64,000 nt of DNA from Moniliella sp. 'wahieum' (Eukaryota), in contig RSEE01000015.1 in the NCBI GenBank assembly GCA_003971905.1, positions 558,001 through 622,000 on the forward strand. Direction: 5' to 3'. The position numbers and the translations under genes are program-made. This document shows positions 1 to 12,021 of this stretch, piece by piece. The stretch's first letter is position 1; each line of letters starts with the position of its first letter. The notes below the pieces were generated by a model. It was not told where the DNA came from. It was given only the letters and a program-made list of their open reading frames with translations, and did no database searches.

Positions 1-239
1 GCCACCCAGCCTACCAAGAGGTACCCATCCCAAGGCCGCAGGCGTATGGAGGGGGAGCATGGCGCCGCAGAGGGCATCCAAGGGCGACAGGGAAAGGAGG
101 GGGGGGCAATAAGCTTGCAAGGCCAATCAAGGACCAGCACCGGAGCCCCCCCCTTACATTACGGACCCAGCCACCCTGCCCACCGCAGCGCAGGCCGTGT
201 CCAAAGGCGCCCGCGACGTAGGGGAAAGAAAGGACATAC

Positions 240-518
240 TGTAGGTGATGATACCACGCTGAGCCTGGCCGACCTGGCCGTAACCAGAGATGTTGCCCAC
301 CATCCGAGCTAGACGCACAAGCAGCGTACGAGAGAAGAGAGGCGGCAGAGGTCAGTGGACACACTCAACAGAGAAGGTGCGGAAGGATGGGGCCAACGGG
401 CCAACGCAGGCAGGAAGCACGGAAGCCAAGGCGGGGCACAGGGAGGGAAGATACGTACCCACTTGACGTACTTGGGCGCCGGGGGGCCGCCGCTGAGAGA
501 AGGCTTCGAGGGCTGCAT
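240..518 (-). CDS. QCR8: Cytochrome bc1 complex subunit 8, exons 1-2 (gene continues beyond window start)
   Basis: Exon 1 518-459 encodes MQPSKPSLSGGPPAPKYVKW, followed by intron GTACGT...CTGAC...TAG (458-309). Exon 2 308-240 encodes LGWWGNISGYGQVGQAQRGIITY after restoring one G in a G-run, then a GTATGT donor. This matches the Qcr8 pattern Y-x-GWWG-...-Q-[KR]-GI-x-x-Y. Confidence 0.8.
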
Positions 519-1539
519 CGGGGCGAGAGGGGGCGGGGGAGGAGGTGGAGGTGGAGGTGGAGGTGGAGGAAGGGCAGAGCGCGGCCAACTCTCAGCTGCG
601 CGGCGTTTGCCGTTTCCTGGCGATTCCTGCCACCCGGGCCTGCCCACACCGCCCGCCGCGCTCCGAACACCCGCCGGCCGCACGCCGCCAGTCCCGCCCC
701 AGCCATTATTAATGGCAGCCAGCTCAGGTGTCGTGTGAAATCTTTCAGTGCCATCGGTCACGTGATACCTCGCTCACTTGGCCACTTGTAACCACAGCGT
801 AACCAGAATGCGTCGTCATTAACGTCATTGCACATTGCCCACCCAAGTGCATAATGGGGGTCAGCAACCGGTCGGCAGTCGAGCGGAGGCGCTGCTCTCC
901 CCTTCACACGAGTAGCTGCGCGCCCACAGGAGCTTATGGACACGAAGTAAGAGTACTGGCAAGCCCAGCCATTCTTGCCAACACAGCAGGGCAAAATGTA
1001 CCCCCCCCAACAGGCCTACTCTCCCAACTTGATAATGCAGGTACTGCATGACGGACTCTGGCGTAACGCGTAACGTTGGACCAAGGTCTCGATGAGCGTG
1101 GGAGCATCGATCACTCCAAGCGTCATGCATCAAGCGCTTGACCTACCATTGTTCCCCCAAACGTCGCGCACGTCATGACGCGGCATGCGGGGCACGTTCG
1201 CACATTTGCTACTTATAGAATTCGGGGAGAGGGTGGGGAGGGGGGGGGCAAGGTCCTATAGCGTGGGGTACCAGGGAGATTGGTCATGGCAATGGCCTGA
1301 AGACTATATATAGCTGCCTGCCGTATACTCTACCGTGACGGAGCGTGAGACGGTACGGACCGTACTATTTTTGGTGCGGCGGTCCCAGCCTAACATGAAC
1401 CGTGAGAGTTTGCGTGGGAGCAGGCTCAAAACAGCGCTCATACTCACAGCTCAGAGAGGTGCTCATCGATCATTCTGCTGCGTCTACTTTTCCCTCCGCG
1501 GGACACGGTAACGCTTGAGAAGCTTGAGTGAAGGTGAAG

Positions 1540-1567
1540 GCTTGAAGCTTGACGCTTAATGCTTGAA
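1540..1567. repeat. 7-bp tandem array GCTTGAA GCTTGAC GCTTAAT GCTTGAA
   Basis: Read directly. Further GCTTGA copies occur at about 1513, 1522 and 1710-1721. Confidence 0.8.
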
Positions 1568-2277
1568 GGATCCCCTCGGGTCCGCCAGGAAGGACACTGG
1601 ACTGAGCAAGTGCGCACTTAGCGCCCCAGCAGCACGGGCAATGCGATTGGGTGGGCACAAGAGGCTGGGACGGCGGCTGTGGGGAGTCTTATTATGCACC
1701 CCTTGGGAAGCTTGAGCTTGAGCAGGCGGAAAGAAGTGTCGAAAGGGAAAATAGAGGCTGGGAGAGGTCAGCACTGAGAGAGCCGGCGCGGCGTTAAATT
1801 GCGCGGTCGACGGCGGGGACGAGAGAGCAGGAGGAAAGGCAGTGCCAGGCGGGCCTGATCGGTCCACCCGGCCTTGAGGCTCAGGCTCAGGGCGCAGCAG
1901 CGAGCCAACGCGGGCGAGGTCGAACGAAGAGGCTGAAATCGAGTTGCGCCTCACCTGACCGGGCGGGCTGGGGGCAGTGTGTGGCGTTGAGCTGTCGCGC
2001 ACGGTTTACCCCGCGCCCCTGGGTAGTCGGAGGCGGGGGGGAGGGGGAGTAGAGGTAGGTATGGACGGGCTAAGGACGATGTCGCGTGCATATTACTATG
2101 GCCAGCAAGGGGAAGGGGGGGGGAGACTGGCCACACACCTATATATATCTCGCCTTTCTCCCCAGGCCGCTCTCCCCCTTCCTCTCCCACCCCATACCCA
2201 CTACCCACATCTCTCCACCAGACCCCACCCCACTACGCTTCTTCACGAACCGCCTTTCCCCCTCTATCCTCGTAAAC

Positions 2278-3557
2278 ATGGCCGCCAACAACTCCCTCCC
2301 CGTCCCCCCCGCCGACGGCAACAAGTCCCTCGTCCTGGAGAAAGTCAATGTGCTCAGCTTTGAGCAGCGCCCCGTCAAAGCCCCGGGTCCTGACGAGGTG
2401 CAAGTCAACATTCGCCAGACTGGTACGTTCTTTCCTCTCTTCCTTCAGTTCCCTACCGCTCCACCTCTGTTCTTTCCTGTCGCCACTTGATCCAGAAAGG
2501 CCAATCCGTTCTAACCCCCTCCCCCATCACACCATCCTAATCCACAGGCATCTGCGGCAGCGACGTGCACTACTGGCAGCACGGATCGATTGGCGAATTT
2601 GTCCTGGAGGCGCCGATGGTGCTAGGCCACGAATCGGCCGGGATCGTGACCGCTATCGGGTCAAACGTGGACAACCTCAAGGTAGGAGACCGGGTGGCGT
2701 TGGAGCCGGGTGTACCGTGCTTCAAGTGCTCTGAGTGTCTCGGGGGACGGTACAACCAGTGCCCCAAGATGATCTTTGCTGCTACGCCCGCCGTACGATG
2801 GCACGTTGGCAACGTATTACAACCTGCACTCGTCGTTTGCGCACAAGGTGCCGGACCACATGACGCTCGAGGAGGCATCGTTGATGGAACCGCTTTCGGT
2901 TGCCGTGTACTCGACGGTAGACCGGGGCCAAGTGGCGCCGTTGCAGAACGTGCTGGTTTGGTGCGGGCCCTATTGGGCTGGGGTGCGCCGGCGTCGCTCG
3001 TGGTTGGGGCGCTTCGACCGTGACGGTGGTAGACATTATTGACGAGAAGCTGGAGTTTGCCAAAGAGTTTGCTGCTACGCACATTTACAAGTCGCAGCGT
3101 CCGCTCGAGGGGGAACGCCCGACGCGGCGTCGGAGCGTAACGCGAAAACTTGATTGACCTGGTCGGAGGCAAGGTGGCTGAAAAGGGCGGATTTGATCTC
3201 GTGCTCGAGTGCACCGGCGCTCCGCCTTGCATCGCCATTGGGGTCAACGCCACTCGGCGCCAAGGTCGGTACGTGCAAGTGGGCATGTCGGGGGCCAAGA
3301 CAATGAATGGGTTCCCCATGTCCGCGGTCAACTCCAAGGAGATTGTCCTCACTGGTTCCTTCCGCTACTCGACCGGCACCTACAGCACCGCCATTGACCT
3401 GGTCGCCTCGGGCAAGCTTCCCATTTCCAAGATCGTGACTCACCGCTACGCGTTTGATGATGCGATCCAGGCGTTTGAAGCGACGGCCAAGGGTGTCGGC
3501 GCCGATGGCAAGTCGGTCATCAAGGTTCAAATCTCGGGCGGCGAGGCGCAAGTGTAA
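2278..3557 (+). CDS. Zinc-dependent xylitol/sorbitol dehydrogenase (MDR family)
   Basis: Exon 1 2278-2422, intron 2423-2547. Motifs TGICGSDVHYWQHG, LGHESAG, the structural Zn loop C-x2-C-x2-C-x7-C, EEASLMEPLSVAV, FDLVLECTGA and GSFRY. Several apparent frameshifts at about 2790-3150. Confidence 0.92.
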
Positions 3558-3795
3558 ACGCAAACGGCGGCGAACCACACTGGCTTTGCTTCTCTCATGG
3601 ACTCAAGCTCTGCCTCACACCCAACTATGTTTCTTCTCTTGCGGAATCACACTACTGCTTGCAGACAAATATGCTGGTAGATGCGTATTATTAGGATCGC
3701 AAAACCATGTAGGCGGTTGTTGTCTTGGGAGAAAAGCACTAAGAAATGACAAGTCAAACATCAATAACATACCCACTGTGCCAAAACAGAAACGG

Positions 3796-5961
3796 TTACG
3801 CCGTCGTCTCGGCTTGGTCTCGCAGCTCCCGCTTCAAGATCTTGCCCGAAGAGGTCTTGGGCAGCGAATCCACCCACTCAACCCCATGGATTTTCTTATA
3901 GCCGGCCATTTGACCATTGACTTCTTTCAGAAGCTCTTCGGTACGAGACTGAACACTCATCTTCTGTGCCTGGGCAGAGGGCACGATAAATGCCCACGGC
4001 ACTTCGTCCACCAGCGCAGCCAAGCCTTCTGGGGCATGTACACTGGCTTGGTGGTGAGTTGACAGGGCAGTCGGATCCGTGCCCACTTCCTCCCGTTTAG
4101 CCCGTTGGAGCGCGGTCGAACGACGCAGCCCCACCACCGCCGCATCAGCAACCAAGGGCGAATCAAACAAGTGATCCTCCAATTCTTTGGGCGACACTTG
4201 GAAGCCGTTCATCTTGATGACATCCTTGATTCGGCTCGTGAGGCGGAGTTGGCCCCGGATCAGGGCCTGCTGGGCCCAGTCAGGCGAAAGTATACTGGTG
4301 CCTTGATCAATGCGCCCAATATCGCCCGTTTTCAACCACGCCCCCGATGGCAGCAGGACATCTCCTCCGTCCTCCTCTACCCGCTTGCCATCAAATGTGG
4401 CCAGCTCCGCATCCCCACTTAGGTACCCTAGCTCATCTGCGGACCTCGGACCCAGATTTCGCCTTCCTTGCCAGCTGGCAAATCTTCGCCCGTGTTCAGA
4501 TCCACCACGCGCGCCCCCGTACCCGGAGCCAAGCTGCCCACCCCCCCCTTGGTTCGCAGTGACAGTCGTGTTCTGCAGTGCCACAATCGGTGACATCTCC
4601 GACAACCCCCATCCGTCTGTGATGACCGTGCCGATCCGACGGCGGACCTGGGCTTTAATTTGGTCGGGGAGAGGCGCAGCGCCGGAAGCAATCCGTCTCA
4701 GGCTGGAGAGGTCGTACTGGTCCACCAGGGGGTGCTGGGCGAGGGCTAGGAGGATGGGAGGCACGACAAAGGAAAATGTGACCTTATGGTTTTGCACCGC
4801 TGCCAGAAAGGGCTCGAGGTGGAAGCGAGCAAAGACAATGCGAGGTGTGGCAGTGTAGAGCGCGACAAATTGGCTGACCAAGCCATAGGCGTGGAAGGTG
4901 GGCAGAATGTCAAGGTGGAAATGCCAGTCAGAAGGGTGGGAGGGAATCCACGACGTAGGCAACCCCGCCGAGCTTCCATTGGGCAAAGCGTTCTGCTCCC
5001 ATGGCTTGAGCTGGGGGAGGTAGGTTTGGGCCAAGGGGGGGTAATAGTCGCTGGCCATGAGCACGTAGAGTTGGATCACATTCGCGACCAGGTTGCGGTG
5101 CGAAAGGCGCAGAGCCTTGGGCAACCCCGACGTACCAGAGCTACAAGCACAGCCAGTTTGAGCGTCAGAGAGTAGAGACGGGGGGAGGGGGGGGGGGGTG
5201 AAAGAGGTGCTCACCTGAAGCAGTACAGTGCATCATCCAATTGGGGGTCCACCACGACTGCATCCAAGATGGCCTTGCGCTGGTGCCAGGCCTCCTGCGA
5301 AGGCCGGAGCAAAAAGCGTGCATAGCTCCAGGGCGAGTCCTCATCAAACACCAAGACCGGAGGCGCGGAAGGAAGCGGTGGGATACCCTGAAAGTTGAAG
5401 CCTTCCTCTTGTCCGGCGGCCAGCTTGGCTGCGTGGGTAGCCGTGTCAAAGGTGCTATTGGTGGCAATGATGAGCTGGGTATGGGTGCTGAGCAGTTGGT
5501 GAGCAAATTCGCTCGCCTTGGCTGCCGGGTTGCACAGCGCGGGAACTGCGCCGGCTAGTTGAAGGCCTAGCGCGACCGTAGTAAAGTCGTGCTGGTTGGT
5601 GCTGAAAAGGGCGACGACGCCTTTGCGGGGCCACGGGCGGGACAAGAGCGTGGCCAGTGCTTCTCCCGCGTCGCCGGGCGGGAAGGTCTTGTTGGGCGGG
5701 CGAGAAGGGAAACAGCGATGCGAGTGGAAAGATCGCGCACGCCGTTGACGCTGAGGCTTGAGCGCGAATCGGGGCAGAGAGGCGAGCGGGATCGTGCGGG
5801 ATGGGGTCGCTCGGCTCGGAGCGTGGGTGGAGGGGGATGAGCAAGGGAGTGTCGGCGTCGGTGCGGTTAGGCTGGGGGGCTGAGGCGGTGTCGCTGAGGA
5901 GCTGGGCGAGGGTGATGTTGGGCACGACGAGGTCGCCAAAGGGCGACAGGGCGGAGGGCAT
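3796..5961 (-). CDS. AMP-dependent acyl-CoA synthetase, 4-coumarate/phenylacetate-CoA ligase-like
   Basis: YCFS|SGTSGLPK spans intron 5214-5141. Other motifs: GWGLSE, GEIWVRGPQ (alternate frame), WLKTGDIG, RIKDVIKMNGFQVSPKELE, PKTSSGKILKR. An in-frame upstream ATG lies at 6015. Compensating frameshifts at about 4420-4550. Confidence 0.88.
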
Positions 5962-6746
5962 GATGGTGGGAGGAGGAGGAGCGCTGGCTGCCTTCTGCTC
6001 CTCCCCCGCGCCCATAGTGAGTGCTGAGAATTAGTAGCAGCACTTCCTACCCCGCTTTTTCTTTCGGTGGGTCTGCTGCAACCGTTGCCAGTCCCACAAT
6101 CTACATCTGACATCACTCCACGTGATCCTGGGACCCATTGTTCCACGCGTCACAAACATACCGCTCGTAGCTGCGACCCGCGACAGATGGCTTCGCACCT
6201 TCTGCCCCCCACCCAAGCCCATTTCCATCCAGCACAAACGCTGCCTGCACACCGAGAGCTGCCCCGCATTGGTTGAAGTAACCAGTAGCTCTCCTTTTTA
6301 GTTCCAGTCTCCGGGGCAATACGGCAACTCTCGTTACTATAACGTCTTGACGTATCTTTCCAAACGGACGCACATCCCAATAACTTGAAGTTTCTACCAA
6401 ATGCTAACAGCACAAACCATAACCACAACCGCATACCACGCAAGGCAAGCCAGGCCAGGCCATCAGGCCAAGGATAGGAACGAAGATGTGAGGCCTATCC
6501 ATATTTTGTGGCCCAACGCTGGAAATGGCGGACACTGGGAAATGACGAGAGAAGCAAGGGTGGATAGGAGGAGGGCAATACAAAAAAAAACGAAAACACG
6601 AGAACGGGCACGGATATATCTGGTGGGGGCAATACCTTGATGGGGGGAAAGGGGACAGAACGGCGGGAGGGGGGAGTACAAGTACGAACTCCAACCAATT
6701 TAATTGGATACCCGCATGCCCGCGACCCCCTTCCCCTCCTTGGATG

Positions 6747-6818
6747 GGCACAAGGAACAAGGCACAAGACACGCCACAAGACACAGGGGCGGTACAGGGT
6801 ACAGGGAACAGGACACAG
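6747..6818. repeat. Degenerate 7-bp array G(G/A)NACA(A/G), about 9 units, in the 3' flank of the homeodomain gene
   Basis: GGCACAA GGAACAA GGCACAA GACACGC ... GACACAG ... GGTACAG GGTACAG GGAACAG GACACAG. Confidence 0.75.
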
Positions 6819-6844
6819 GCACGCAGCGTACAGACCATATCCCA

Positions 6845-9641
6845 TCACGTTGGTTGCTGCTGGGAGATCCAGAGCAAGCCTTCCACAGCCGACATCTCCT
6901 CGGACGACGAAGCTGGTGGCGGTTCGGAGCGGTCCGAGCTGGCGAGCGTAGCGGATGCTGTAGCGAGCGCTTCCAACGTCCCCCCCGCACCTGAACCCGC
7001 ACCGGAAGCGCGGGGTGGACGGATGCGTGGTAGCGGTCCAGCCGAACCAGGCGGGACAATGGTAGATTTCCATCCGATGCTGGGCACCGTCTTGCGCGCT
7101 ATACTGGTCCTTGGCCGTTTGCGCATCGTTTCGTTCCCTACGGGGGAAGGAGAACGGGTTTCGCCAGGCGAAGAAGGGCAGGAGAAGGGCGAGTCGGGAA
7201 CCGAGGAAGAACTGTGCATGCGGGCCAGCAAACGAGCTTGACTGTCCCCTTCTTCCCCTTGTTCGGGGGAGGGCGAAGCGGTTCGGCTGCGTGTGGTCAA
7301 CGCAGTGGGAGTCACCCGAGGACAATTTGACACCAGCGCATCCACATTCGCCGCTCCCAACGCGCTTATACTGGCCTCCATACCTACCCGCTTGGAGGCA
7401 GCAGGGGACAAGTCCGCTGTGGAGCGCAACGAAGGAGACGGCCTGGCCGAAGCCCGACGAGCCGGGGCCAATCCCAGCCCTAACGTTCCTGGAAGTTTTC
7501 CCCCAGGTACATCGGGATGGAGAGAAGGCGCCGAAGCCGATCCGGTGAGCCGGGCAGCGAGAGGAACTGCTGCCCGACTGAGGGAGAGGCGGGGCCGAGA
7601 TCCGGCACTCAAGACCCCAATGTTAGAATTGCCATACCCCACCGCGTGTGGGGCCCAAGGTTGGGCCGGAGGGTACCAAGGTCCCCGCTGCAGCGGCCGT
7701 ACCGGTCGACTAGGCGCCAATGGATCCAACGCCAAGTCCCCCTCTTCTTCTTCGTCTTCGTCCTCGTCATTCTCTTGCTCGGGTGCCCGCGCCGGGGCGG
7801 GCGTAACAGCCAACGGCATTGAAGGAGGAAGGTAGAACGTTGGGGCGGGTGGACCAGGGAAGGAAGGGAATGGGTGTCCCATTGGCAAGGCAGGGGGCAG
7901 GGGATGGTGCATTCGCCCGCCATGTCCGCCGGGAGACGAGCAGACTTGGAGGAAGAGGAAGAGTGTGGTCGTTCGTCGCTATCCTGGCTCGTCATACGAA
8001 CTGCCGAGGGTGCGGTAGGGTTGTCTCATCCTCCCCCGAGGCTTCCCCGCCTTGGCGTTTCTTCTCGGTCTGTCGGCGGTTTTGGAACCAAATTGTCACC
8101 GCACTGGGGCAACGTACAGGTAAGTAACGAGGCAGAATAAGATCTAAGATAGGGAAACATACCGTGGTCGCATTCCCGTGATGGCCGACAACTCATCCCG
8201 CTCAAATGAGGCGGGGAACTGGTTCTCATTAAAAAAGGCCAATAGCACCGACGCTTCATGAGGGAGCGTCCTGCGTCGCGTCTTGATTGGCTTGCCATCC
8301 GCCGTCATGCGCGTTGTATCCTGAGCGCGCAGTGCTTGTTCGGCAGCCTTGGTATCCCGCCGGAGCATCCCCGTAAATACAAGCGAGTCGGGCAACATTT
8401 TGGCGGCTTGGACGTAAGCACTGTGGAGTGCCACCGTAAGGTGAGGCATGCGCGTTCCACTCGGCGTACCGCTCCCACCACCTGTACCTTTGGCAGCAGC
8501 AATTCCAGTAGAGTAGGCTTTGTACCGTGCGGCCGTAATCTGATCCAAGGTCAACGAGGGCGAACGGTCCTGAGACGTACCCGGGGTGGGAAGGAGGACG
8601 GGATCGGTCGTATTGCTGCCCTGCGTGGTGGTGTCATCAGCCACAAGGGGAGGCGCCCCACCGGCTGAGGAAGCCACGGGAGCAGCAGGGGAAGGTGTAG
8701 GCGACAGGCCTTGCGAGGCAGGAGCATCGAAATTTTCCGGGCTTGGGGTGGGACTAGCGCGGCTGCTGTTCTGACTGTCCGCAGCGCTGCTGGTCCCATG
8801 GCCAATGTGCGAGGGGAGGGAGGGGAGGGAGCCGCGGTAGGATGGGTAAAGGGGGCAAAACCAATTTGGGTTCGACCGTTTCTGTTTGAGACTGACTGGG
8901 GCTTTTCCCTTCCTCATCGAGGTTTCCTGATCCGGAGGCGTTGGCATGGATCGGTACGGGGGGTCCGGGCAGCGGAGGAGGCACTGGGGGCGGGGGCAAC
9001 TGAAAGCGGGGATACAGAGGAGCGGGCTGAGCAAGCTGAATCTGAGATTGGGAATTGGCACCTGGGATGCCACGACTGGCTTCGTTCGCACCCGCCCCTG
9101 CGTTGAAGTCATGGTCGGGTGCAGTTTCTTGGGTCCAAGTACGGGTTGGGGCCGGGCGCGAGTTAAAGTGGTCGAGATGATACTGGAATGACGAGGTCTG
9201 AGCAAAGCTCGAGCCTGGCGGCAGGACCGATGCTGACATGGCATCGGAATATGATGCTTGCGATGAGTTTGGCGCCGAAGCAAGCCCGGGATCCGGGGCC
9301 GTGTGGCCGGATGAGAAGGGCGGCTGGGAGCCATCGTCGGTGTCGTCAGAGGAGGCAGCCAGAGAGGCAGCGGCAGGTACAGACACAGAGGCAGAGACAG
9401 CGACAGAAGTCGAGGCAGAGGCAGAGGCAGAGGCAGAGGCAGGCGCGGCAGACGACGTGGGAGCCGTGAGGGCCGCGGAGGGCCGAGAAGTGGAGGGTTT
9501 GTCGGCAAAGACGCGGGCCAGAACGGCGTCCTGGTCAACGTCAGCGTCGGTGCTGGGCAGAAGGAGCGGGGGGCGGACGCGTTGCTCGGCGCGCGCACGC
9601 GCACGCGCAGCCACAATGGCCAGGTCGGGCGTGTCGGCCAT
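6845..9641 (-). CDS. Homeodomain transcription factor, Yox1/Yhp1-like
   Basis: Splicing intron 8162-8104 (GTATGT...CAG) gives KTRRRTLPHEASVLLAFFNENQFPASFERDELSAITGMRPRAVTIWFQNRRQTEKKR. Long S/P/A-rich flanks. Frameshifts near 8800 and 7950. C-terminus SAVEGLLWISQQQPT. Confidence 0.85.
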
Positions 9642-12021
9642 GGCGACGGCGCTGCGCTGGGCAGGAGGGGGCGAGGCGGGGCTGTGGGGGAAGCAGCAGA
9701 ATGAAGCGCGACAGCAGCAGCCCGCCCGCCAGCGGCTCCAACACAGCGGCTGTCTCCTAATCGCAATGCACAGCAGAGGTATTTTAATCCCCCAGAACAT
9801 CGCCCAACCCTAGCGCCCCACAGCGCCAGCCGCCCCCGCCTGCCCGCGGGGGGGCAGTGTCCACGCCCAGAGCCAGTGCTCGCGGGTTACGTCAGCTGGC
9901 AGGCACTGTCTTCTGGCGCGTCTGCTGCTGCGTGCTGGCTGGGTCGGGGCAGCGCATTGTGACGTGCACGGGGGACCCAGCCAGGCACCAGATGGATACG
10001 GCCGCGTCCCATCCTTTCTGCCGTCCATCGCACGCCGACCCAGGCATGGCACCCGACCCCTCTTTCTTGGCAGCCCATCCAAAACCATGCCCTATCCTCC
10101 CCCCCTTCCCTCCTCAATGCTCGCCAGCACTCCCCCACAGCCCTAGTTGGCGGGCACCCTCCCAACCGCAACATCCATCCGCTACTGCCGAGCAGATCCA
10201 CCGCATCGGGCTCCCATTAGCTGCTTCTTCTTGCTAACAGAAAAAACGAGCGACATTCTTCAAATGCTCATTCTGTGTTGCAATTCCATCCTCGGCCGCA
10301 GGGCTAGAAGGAATCGCACCAAACGGTTCCTTCTTACGCTGTCCCAGAGACCGAAAGTGTTGCCTCATCTACCTTCGTTAGCCCCGACTGTTACAGTGTC
10401 GGTGTTTTGTTTTGTGGCACAAAAGTGCAAGCAAAGCCCAGCAGAATATCGAAAGCCTAAAATCTGCGAAGCCACAGGGGAGATCATGCGTACCACGGGA
10501 CGATTGAGCTGTTATAGATACCGGTGGTTATGGTGCGGGACGCTCTGCTGAGCTTCGATAAGAGAAGCAAAAACGAATGCGGGGTTCTCAATAGTTCCGA
10601 TGGCTCGCATCGTCCATATCAGTGTTTCATTTGGTGCTAGCACGCCTTTACACGCGCCGCCTCTCATCGTGGAGGAGGCGATGGATGTGACCCCTTGCCC
10701 CAACAGTGCATGCTCACCGCTAACTTCATGCCAAATTTGAGTCAGAACAGATGAGAGACGGCTGAGATATCGCCATTTTGTTCCCACCGGCATATACGGC
10801 CATCTCATCCCAGCATGCAATAACGATCCGAGCCTCTCCGCCGGGGCAAGCCTCAGCCGAGCCTCACGCTGCAGCCTGATCCTCAGCCTTCGACCAGGGC
10901 CGGCCTGCACCGACTAACATCCACATCTGTCCTCCAACAGCTCAGGCGATGATGCATAGCAGGTTCAAATACGGACAGCTCGGTGTGGATGGCACCGCCG
11001 CTCCACCATCAGTTGACGTCCGATCTCAGAGCTAGTAACGCCCCATCGTGCACCACAAGCAGAGGGCTTCCAGTGGAGGTAAGGCGCTTCCGGGTGGGTA
11101 ACCTCTGGTGCCCCCCCCCCCCCCCTGTGGTAGGGCATTCTCCCTCGGTACTTCTATACAAGCACTCGCTGAGAGCAGGACGGGAAAGCCGAGTGGAGGG
11201 GCGCGTCAGCTTGGCTATAAATACTAAATCCAAATTGCCAGTGCACGGGCCGCGCTTATACGCGCGATTATACCTAGCTATACTGGCGCAACGAAACACC
11301 GGGGGCGGTCTGGGTGGACACTGCCGCCGCGCTTTTGGCTCCTGGCACACGGCGTTTTTCTTCTCACAACATTGCTGTTGGGGGTTATCCATGCGCCATC
11401 CTGTGCCATCTCCTCATATATCCGAGGTCTTCGAGCGTCCAGAACATGTCCGTGGCCACTGATGCAGTACTAGCTTTGCATGCGATTAGCAAGAACGATG
11501 AGATCTAGAGTCTGGATGATCCTCGAGCATGATAATGCTATCGCACTAGTGGTGGCGGTCTACGCCAACCAGCAACGCCTACGGAGGAACATCAAGCTTC
11601 AAGCAGCTATAGCCGCCACCAGGGGCTAAACTGCATAACAAGGAAGCTTAAGGGGGGACTGAAGGGGCGTTTTGGCCAAACCACACCTGAGCTATCCGGT
11701 GGCTCAACAGGCAAAAGGTGGCCATGTCGGCACCTCCTCGAATGCATTTGCCACTGCGCATTCTCTGGTTGGTCTGATCTCGTTCACAAGCGCTACAGAC
11801 TAGCGATTGCCTAGCCACGCATTTGTGCTCCGTCCCACCACCCAACCTCATTGTCCTGTCCAACAGCGACTAGCGAGCTCTGAGCCGCTGATCGACCATC
11901 TGGGGCGGCCGCCATGCGTCTCATTTGCCCTACTGCGGCGTCGCCCTTACTCGCACCAACCACTATTTCCGACACTGCGTCTCCGCCCAAATGACAAGAT
12001 ACTTCTGCCCAGTCCGGCACG

